This document shows positions 57,181 through 64,000 of a stretch of 64,000 nucleotides of DNA, piece by piece. The notes beneath the pieces are model-generated. The model did no database searches and was not told where the DNA came from. It was given only the letters and a program-made list of their open reading frames with translations. Location: the IMG/VR virus record IMGVR_UViG_3300032770_000001, positions 124,001 through 188,000 of that record. One strand, given 5' to 3'. The stretch's first letter is position 1; each line of letters begins with the position of its first letter. Position numbers and translations under genes: made by a program.

Positions 57181-58025
57181 TAGTCAAGCCCCCACTTTCT
57201 ATTCATCTCTTTCACATCCAGCGGGTTGGTGCGGAAGCGGTTCGTCCAGAACTTGCGTGCTTCCTTCTCATCCTGCATTTCCCCGTCCATGTGGTAGTAT
57301 TCCGGGTTGTTGTTAATCATCCACTCGATCATTTCCTCGATCTCGGCAGGCGTCGGCTTGGGAGTGATCGTTCTGACCACGGCAGGCAGTTCCTCGTTGT
57401 GGTAATTGATGAACGGCTTGCCATTCATCGGAGCAAAACGGCCAACCGGGTCGTTCTCCGGCGTTGGCTTGTCCATCGAAACTTTGTGCGGCTCCGCGTT
57501 GATCGGGGGCATCGTGCACGGCATTTCAAAACCAGCCGCCTTCGTCCGGCACTCCGGTCCGAAACCGCAGGCGACCGATTCGTCCACAGTCAGCTTCCGA
57601 CCGCAGCGACCGCAGTGACCTTCATGGAAGAACTCAAGCTGCTCCGGCATGTGTTTCTTGGTCAGGTGCTCGAAGGTGAATTTGAAACCCTTAACCGAGG
57701 GGGCATCTTTGCCAGCGCACGCTTTGGCACCGCCGTGGATGAACTTGCCGCCCTTGATGAAGCCGAAGTAGGCGTAGTCGGTCTCGTTGTTCGGGCCGTT
57801 CATGAGTTTCACGAAATAGACGGGCGGGGCATCGACCGGGTCAGTGGCGCGTTTGGGCGCTTCTTCCAGCTTGAAGGTGAAGCGGTCGCCGGACTTCTTG
57901 CTGACCAGCGTGAAGCTGTAGCCGGAGAACAGGTACGCGAAAGCCAGAACCGGGTCGGTGATTACGCCGGGTCGCGCTTTCTCTTCCTCAGGTTCGGGGT
58001 TGACAGCGTTGTTCAGTTCGTCCAT
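57180..58025 (-). CDS. DUF6011-like Zn-finger protein
   Basis: CGRCGRKLTVDESVACGFGPEC; TGG-TAGAAT 6 nt before the ATG. Confidence 0.75.
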   Translation of the reverse strand: MDELNNAVNPEPEEEKARPGVITDPVLAFAYLFSGYSFTLVSKKSGDRFTFKLEEAPKRATDPVDAPPVYFVKLMNGPNNETDYAYFGFIKGGKFIHGGAKACAGKDAPSVKGFKFTFEHLTKKHMPEQLEFFHEGHCGRCGRKLTVDESVACGFGPECRTKAAGFEMPCTMPPINAEPHKVSMDKPTPENDPVGRFAPMNGKPFINYHNEELPAVVRTITPKPTPAEIEEMIEWMINNNPEYYHMDGEMQDEKEARKFWTNRFRTNPLDVKEMNRKWGLD

Positions 58026-58259
58026 GCTTATATTCTACCAGCTTGAGGGCTGGAAACGGTAATATTTTTCGACTTTATTACCATTATTTTCAACAACTTA
58101 TGGGTGTATTTGTTGCCAAACTCGTGATTTTAGTGGGGGTCGGATTCCTGCTGGGAATGGTAGCAGCCGGGATATCCGGGCTCGACCCTAAGATTGGTGT
58201 CGCTGTTTTCCTGCTTTTTGTGGTATGCTTCAGAAAGCGAGTTTTCAGCGAGGAGACGA

Positions 58260-58499
58260 ATGCACAACGTTAGCTTGACGGTCGGTACTCGCACTCTTAA
58301 ATATCAATACCTTGTCGGCAATCATACTGTTGGCATCATCACCCCAAAGCGCAAACGTTTCACGGTGAGAATCGGTGACATCCTGAGAGAAGCAAACGGA
58401 CTCTTTCAGAACGAAGCCAAACCGGAAGCTGGCTCTTCGGACACCCGCGTACCCCCGGAATCGGTTGCAGCTTACGTGATGAAGCACAAGCTGTATTAG
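58260..58499 (+). CDS. Small hypothetical protein
   Basis: GGAG RBS; 79 aa. Confidence 0.6.
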   Translation: MHNVSLTVGTRTLKYQYLVGNHTVGIITPKRKRFTVRIGDILREANGLFQNEAKPEAGSSDTRVPPESVAAYVMKHKLY

Positions 58500-58507
58500 G
58501 AGGGCGG

Positions 58508-59248
58508 TTGCGATCACTCGTACTGGGAGCGTTGTTGTTTTCTATTCAGGTGAATGCTCTTGCCGTCGTTCACCCCAAAACTCCGCGTGTCTCGGTCCGT
58601 ACAAAAGAGCACACAAGCCTGACACGTAAGCAGCGGCTTCGTCACCCGTTTTGGCACCCCATGTTTCCGCCAACGCATGAGTCACTCATCCGACAAAATG
58701 CCGAGATCGACCGTTTAGGTCTTGCCCGGATGTACGATCAGGACGATATCGACACCCGCGTGCAGCAAGGGATATTGGTACCGCTTCCTTTGAGCGACCA
58801 TCTGACTGTAGACCCGCATCTACCGGAGAACCGCCGCTACTGTCTGCCACTGGCAGCGAAATTCCTAACCGATCTGAGCGACAAATTCTATGCCCGGTTC
58901 GGGGAGCCTCTGCGAGTCAATTCGGCGATCCGCAACGTGGAGTTCCAGAAGAGGCTCCGTCGTTACAACCACAACGCGGCTCCCTTTGATGGTGAGGCCG
59001 CATCCAGCCATCTGGCAGGTCTGACGGTCGATCTGGAGCGCAAGCGATTGTCGAAGGCTCAGGTGCAGTGGGTTGATTTGCAGTTGCTTATCCTTCACTC
59101 CTACGGTATGGTAGAAGTGGAAGAAGAGTATTATCAGCTTTGCTTTCACGTGATGGTTTTGGGGAGATACGCCGAACCATTCGTGGATGTGCAGACTGCA
59201 ACTGTTGACACGCAATTGATCGAGGAATCGGATGCCGACCCTAGATAG
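58508..59248 (+). CDS. Secreted DUF5715 / peptidase M15-like protein
   Basis: Signal peptide; VNSAIR..EFQ..L...N.NAA...SSH..G.TVD...E...CFH. Confidence 0.75.
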   Translation: MRSLVLGALLFSIQVNALAVVHPKTPRVSVRTKEHTSLTRKQRLRHPFWHPMFPPTHESLIRQNAEIDRLGLARMYDQDDIDTRVQQGILVPLPLSDHLTVDPHLPENRRYCLPLAAKFLTDLSDKFYARFGEPLRVNSAIRNVEFQKRLRRYNHNAAPFDGEAASSHLAGLTVDLERKRLSKAQVQWVDLQLLILHSYGMVEVEEEYYQLCFHVMVLGRYAEPFVDVQTATVDTQLIEESDADPR

Positions 59249-60197
59249 AATCACCACGTCACAAGAGTTCGTAGACTATGTTCGGCTCCGGTCGGATTTG
59301 CCCAATTTGATGGAGTATTGGGCATGGAGATATCTGGCTGTCGGAGATCAGGCGTACACCAGCAATGGCAAAACGCTAGAGGACATGTTCGATTCATTCG
59401 GTAATGATCCACGAAGAATCGAACAGGACTTCTACTGGTGGGTTGAGGCGCATTTCATTTCCGGCAAAATCAAAATCAATTTCGTAGGTGGACTTCATGC
59501 CAACACAACAGCCGTTTAACGGAATTCGTTTCTCGGTGAGGATCGATGTCATCACCGTCGCTATCATTTCAGTTGCCGTCTGCGCATTCACGTTGATGGC
59601 ACTCGTTCACTATCACAAGCCAGCCTCGGCCCCGGTCGTCGCCTGCCAGCCGGAAGTGAAGCAGCCGACTATCGAAATCACGCAAACATTTTTCATCCCG
59701 GTGCCGAAGGTGATCGTGAAGAAGGTCTACTTGCCGACTCCTCCCGATACGCAGGTCGTCCCGCAGCCGGAAGAGCAAACCGATCCGGTGTTCAAGCATC
59801 GCACGCCGATCATCACCAGCGCATTGAGAGAGCCACTACAACGATGAAGGTCAATTACCGGGGTTTCGAGATCGACGCACACCGCGAGAAATGCATGGCT
59901 GGCTACCCGCTGCTCTACTTCTACGTCATGCGCATTTCGGACGGTTTTTTCGTAGAGGATTCGTACACCGAGGGCTCTGATCGTGTGGTGGACTACATCG
60001 GCTACATGAAAGATCGGGTGGATGGGTTCATTGCCGACCCCAAGGAAGAGGAGCTTCAAAGTTACGGACAATCGGACGAAGAATATGAGCGAGAGATCGC
60101 CGAACATCGAGCAGAGAACGAGAAGACTGAGCGGCAGCATGGGCTGCCATTATCGAAGAGGGCACGGGCAGCACGAGCAGCAGCGATCCAGAAATGA
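59232..60197 (+). other. Three small hypothetical ORFs (59232, 59506 with a TM segment, 59844)
   Basis: Coupled ORFs. Confidence 0.6.
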
Positions 60198-60760
60198 TTA
60201 CTCTAACCGCCGAACAATTAACAGCACCGTGCAACTACCGGGTTTTCGATAACTGGGGGCATGTGCTTTATGTTGGCTGTGGTGTGGCGGGAATGGGACG
60301 GGTGTTCGATTTTACCCCTGAACAGAAGGGGCGGGTTAAAGCGTTTCAGCGTTGTTCCGTCATTGAAGTTGAGTTCTTTCGCACCAAAGATAGAGCATTA
60401 AAAGCTGAAGGTGACTTGATTCACGAGTGGCATCCGAGGTTTAACGCTTTCTGTCCTCGGTGCAACCATTATGTCAAAAAACGACCGAAACGTCTTCAGG
60501 GACGCGGGGTTCTGTTCGGAAAATCGCGGCACGCGATCCTTTCGCTGATGTTCGAGAATCCAGAGAAAGCCTATTCGACGAGAGAAGTAATGCGTTTGGT
60601 CGGGTCTAATGGTGCGGCACAGCGGGAGTTGAAGACACTTTCCCAACCCGGTACCTGCGTTTTGCGCAGAACGAAACGGGGAAATCAGGTTTTCTATCAG
60701 GCCGAGACCAACAGCCCGTACTACAACGAATTGCGTAGTATGGTGCTCAAAGGTGCCTGA
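60194..60760 (+). CDS. GIY-YIG nuclease-like domain fused to a winged HTH
   Basis: YRVF...LYVG...E...HPRFN; LFGKSR.AIL...REV.R...QREL..L...G NQVFY. Confidence 0.65.
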   Translation: MITLTAEQLTAPCNYRVFDNWGHVLYVGCGVAGMGRVFDFTPEQKGRVKAFQRCSVIEVEFFRTKDRALKAEGDLIHEWHPRFNAFCPRCNHYVKKRPKRLQGRGVLFGKSRHAILSLMFENPEKAYSTREVMRLVGSNGAAQRELKTLSQPGTCVLRRTKRGNQVFYQAETNSPYYNELRSMVLKGA

Positions 60761-60783
60761 TTTCTGGTAAGATAAGACTCATT

Positions 60784-61834
60784 ATGAAACTGACGATCAG
60801 CAAGAGCGAGAGCGGCAACTTCGTGGTCGATGATCTCACTCGCCCCGGTTCCCCAGCCTGTGGCAGAGGCAGGACAATGCGGGAAGCCATCGGCGATTTT
60901 TTCCACGCCAATCAGAAAGACCTCGGAATCGAGTTTGACGTTGATGCCTCGGCGTGGCCTTCCGAACTTCGCCGCCGCCGTTACGAGTTGAGCAAACGAT
61001 GACCAGACAGAAGGCTCGCGAACGATTCGAAAAGATGAACATCGAGATCGAAAATTTGCTTCTCGAATGGACTGATCTCGGTGAAGAACTTGAGTATTTA
61101 ATTGATAAGAGGAAGAGGTTCGTCAAGAAACATGGAAAGTTCCTCCCCAAAAAAGAGATTGCAAGTGTCAAAGGACGGCACTGACTGGTACGATCTCCAG
61201 TACGAACATCTGGTGCCGGGTTGGAATACCGTTCGTGAAGTTGTCACCATCAACGGACTCGACTACGTTAACCAGACGGTGCGATTCAACGAATTGCCAC
61301 TACCGAACGCTTAAGTACCAAGAAAATTTGAAGATAGGAGGTAAGTGACGTGGAAGCAGCAACAGCAAAAGAGACAACTTGTGGCGCAATCAGCACTGTC
61401 TACGGTGTGACGTGTGTCAAGCCGAGTTCTCACGCATCCAGCCACAACCCCCAAGAGAAGCAGCACGTAGCTTCCAACGGTGTGAAGTGGCCCTCTCTCG
61501 CGGAACTTGATCCCAATGAGGGATTCAACGTCTTCGTGACCCACCGTATGTAAACCAGAACTTCGTCTTCCCGACCCTTCAGTAGTAGGACGGGGTCGGG
61601 AGGGCGACGATGTCCCAACGCACAATTCATCTAATCCACGGTGCTTGTGATGTTTACGTCGAACAGCTTGGGAAAGAGCATGTTCGCATCCGCATTTCCG
61701 AAAAAGACCCAGAAATAGTAAATCCCACAGATTTTGAAATTGAGGGCACCCCCGCCCACATCGCCGACGCTCTCTCGAATGCTCTCTTTGTTCTCGTCCA
61801 CGCAGAAGATTTCGGACAGAGAGGTATCAGTTAA
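60784..61834 (+). other. Small hypothetical ORFs (60784, 60999, 61350, 61610)
   Basis: Short tiling ORFs. Confidence 0.5.
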
Positions 61835-62161
61835 TTGAGGGTCGATGATTTCACAGAAGCACTTTTCAGAATCCAACACAATATCAATGGAGGGTCGTTG
61901 AAGGTGAGAGAATTTTATTGCTTCTATTGTGGCAAGCTCCTCACACGTCCTAAGAAAACTCGCGATCACATGCAGCCAAAGAGTCGCAACGGATCGGCAG
62001 CAACTAGAAACATCGTTGACGCCTGCCGACCATGCAATACTCTCAAGGGCTGCCTTACGCTAGAAGAATTTCGTCTCGTAATTGCGTTCCAAAAGGGTTT
62101 GGTCAAACCTGCGAAGATGTTGTTCCCCGGCGAGCTTGCAAGAAAACTTGCGAACGATTGA
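61835..62161 (+). CDS. HNH endonuclease
   Basis: CFYCG...TRDHMQPKSRNG...NIVDACRPCNTLKG. Confidence 0.88.
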   Translation: MRVDDFTEALFRIQHNINGGSLKVREFYCFYCGKLLTRPKKTRDHMQPKSRNGSAATRNIVDACRPCNTLKGCLTLEEFRLVIAFQKGLVKPAKMLFPGELARKLAND

Positions 62162-62212
62162 AACAAATCAGCTACAAGAATCACTATTGAGTAGACCTCA
62201 TTTGGAGGCTTC

Positions 62213-62500
62213 GTGGGAATTCAGCAAGTCGTTCCTTTCAGCATCATTCTTGTCGGCGACGGAGTTACGACCACATTCAAATACACTCCAAGCCAACTCT
62301 TCGCAGTCAACTTCGCAGGTCCGAATTACCGCACAATCTATAGTGCAGCAACTCCCAGTGCGGTGACCGCTATGAGCAGCACTCTCGGTCACGTGACGGC
62401 ATCGCTTTCAAGCGGAAAGATTCAACTCATCTTCAGCACGCCGCCGCCAAATGGGTTGCAGGCTGAAGTTAACATCAATCTGTTCTTCGTAAGTCAGTAA
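62213..62500 (+). CDS. Small virion-type beta protein (GDG.TT.F family)
   Basis: IQQ...GDGVTTTF N-terminus shared with its neighbours. Confidence 0.65.
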   Translation: MGIQQVVPFSIILVGDGVTTTFKYTPSQLFAVNFAGPNYRTIYSAATPSAVTAMSSTLGHVTASLSSGKIQLIFSTPPPNGLQAEVNINLFFVSQ

Positions 62501-62527
62501 AGATAAAAAGAAAGGTGCCCGACTCAC

Positions 62528-62893
62528 ATGGCGATTTACATTCAGCAGAGCATTGAGCTTGGACTTTTTGGGGATGGTCTTGCTACGACCTTTTCCTATG
62601 ATTTCAACAAAGCCCCGATTACTGCGGATTCAGACGGGGTTGCTTTAGCGGTAGGAAGCCCATCTTCACTCGGACCTGTGGTCTGGGTTGCCACGCCGCA
62701 GGTTGGGATTGATGGACAGGGAAATGCCATCTACGATGAACCGAGCATCAATGCTCAGATCAACGGCACTATCGTGAGTTTTACTTTCGGTTCCGCTCTT
62801 AAAGCTTACGGATCGATCTTCACGGATGGAAATAGCAATCCGTGGCAAATTGGGCCGTACATTCTCGACGTTGCGTTCAACTACAATGGGTAA
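62528..62893 (+). CDS. Small virion-type beta protein (GDG.TT.F family)
   Basis: IQQ...GDGLATTF. Confidence 0.7.
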   Translation: MAIYIQQSIELGLFGDGLATTFSYDFNKAPITADSDGVALAVGSPSSLGPVVWVATPQVGIDGQGNAIYDEPSINAQINGTIVSFTFGSALKAYGSIFTDGNSNPWQIGPYILDVAFNYNG

Positions 62894-64000
62894 TTAGAAG
62901 TTCGAAGTCTGCTTCACAGCGATAACTGTTATGTGCGTTGTGGTTGAGGCGCTCGTGGTTAACGTCCACGCTGTGTTCGCGGTCGTCGCCGGAAGCGGCG
63001 GATCGAAGTCCATGTTAAGGAACTGACATCCTACCGCAGCGTCAACGTTCATATCGAAGATGTATGACACTGTTCCATCGGAAAGCGTCATAGTCAAAGC
63101 CGCTGCCGTTGCTGAGGAAGCAACGGAGATATTCAAGTCCGTGATGTCAGCAAAAACTCCCGCGCCCTGCGCTGCCAGAATCGTTTTAGCGCCTGTGGTA
63201 GTGCTCGTAGTTGACTGCGTTACGATCTGACTGCGGCGGTACTCCTGCACAACTAGGTTGCCGTTGGGAGAACACTGGATCGGTGTTTGACTGCCGTTCG
63301 TGGGTGTGGGAGACGTGGTGCTGAACGTTGTCACCGCCCCGGCACTGACCAAACCGTTCGACGCAGTAGCCAAGCTGTTCATGCTGACAGCGGCCTGAGG
63401 ACTGGTTCCCGTGAGAACGCTGCTGAGACGTGCACGGAAATAGGAATACCCCGTAACCGTGAATGTGATGAGTGTGCTGCCTGCGGCAACTGCCCATGAG
63501 GAGATTGGTTGGAAGTTCGCCGGAATGGTGCCTGTAATTGTGAACCAATTCGTATTGTCCGGCGATGCTTCAAAGACAATGGCCCCGCCCGTGACTGTTC
63601 CACTCGCGATGATCGGCACTACTACGGTTCCTGATCCGCTGAGGGCGATACTGATCGTGGTGTTGGCAGCCGTTCCGCTAGTCCATGTCGCAGTCGCACC
63701 GGAGAGGCTGGCTGAACCATTGAAGAGCAGATCGCACCAGATCGAGATGACCTGACCGTTTGCGGGTGCGCTGTTGAACGTGATCGTCAGATTTCCGAAA
63801 CTATCAACGGTAGCTGTTGCGTTGATGGGGGAACTTCCATCATTGTGAAAACTTGCACCGGACGGCACTGTATTCATGTTCAGGAGAGTGCCGACCTGCG
63901 TACTCGCCTGCATGAGTTTGTTGATGCCGAACGTAAAGGCGGTGGAGGAGCCGTCGCCTTGAATGGCTAAATTGATTGTGACGATTTGCTGGATTGACAT
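62894..64000 (-). CDS. T/S/A-rich virion-type protein (GDG family N-domain plus beta-rich body)
   Basis: IQQ...GDGSSTAF; ATG at the window edge, so the start may lie further upstream. Confidence 0.75.
   Translation of the reverse strand: MSIQQIVTINLAIQGDGSSTAFTFGINKLMQASTQVGTLLNMNTVPSGASFHNDGSSPINATATVDSFGNLTITFNSAPANGQVISIWCDLLFNGSASLSGATATWTSGTAANTTISIALSGSGTVVVPIIASGTVTGGAIVFEASPDNTNWFTITGTIPANFQPISSWAVAAGSTLITFTVTGYSYFRARLSSVLTGTSPQAAVSMNSLATASNGLVSAGAVTTFSTTSPTPTNGSQTPIQCSPNGNLVVQEYRRSQIVTQSTTSTTTGAKTILAAQGAGVFADITDLNISVASSATAAALTMTLSDGTVSYIFDMNVDAAVGCQFLNMDFDPPLPATTANTAWTLTTSASTTTHITVIAVKQTSNF

Noticed and set aside
847-57519. Long antisense or alternate-frame ORFs (847-1698, 3286-4401, 23195-24208, 24695-25567, 35721-36698, 50018-50899, 57291-58046)
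   Set aside because: They shadow well-supported genes, carry no motifs and are expected from the codon bias.
1-64000. Stop-codon reassignment suggested by the phage release factor
   Set aside because: TAA, TAG and TGA all end genes that tile tightly in code 11; no suppressor tRNA is present; the long genes are uninterrupted.

Overview
A 64-kb, densely coding segment of a large tailed dsDNA phage genome (probably a jumbo phage), read in standard code 11 and mostly on the + strand. An Acidobacteriota-like host is a tentative inference from the Flp pilin and DUF5715-type genes. (1) 4.4-15.6 kb is a translation-support island: 17 tRNA genes grouped by amino acid (Tyr x2, Leu x5, Pro x5, CAT x3, Phe x2), two CCA-ended tRNA-like RNAs, about 1.8 kb of tandem structured ncRNAs with rRNA-type boxA-like sites, an RF1-like release factor whose gene needs an RF2-type CUU-UGA +1 frameshift, an RNA ligase, NADAR and HNH nucleases. 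(2) 17-37 kb has replication and virion genes: split primase, extended family-A polymerase, portal, a 1723-aa virion protein, a possible clamp, a Rad50-like half-gene and a second RNA ligase. (3) 37-64 kb is mostly small accessory ORFs, including RdgC-like, Nudix, DnaX, GIY-YIG, a NusG paralog, an Flp pilin and a small protein that copies a portal segment. The main candidate for a new system: two tRNA operons each start promoter -> short leader ORF -> alternative hairpins, and the leader codons match the tRNAs downstream (Leu/Tyr; Pro). This suggests ribosome-mediated attenuation that switches phage tRNAs on when the matching host tRNAs are depleted. All calls come from reading motifs and base-pairing by eye; no database search or folding program was run.
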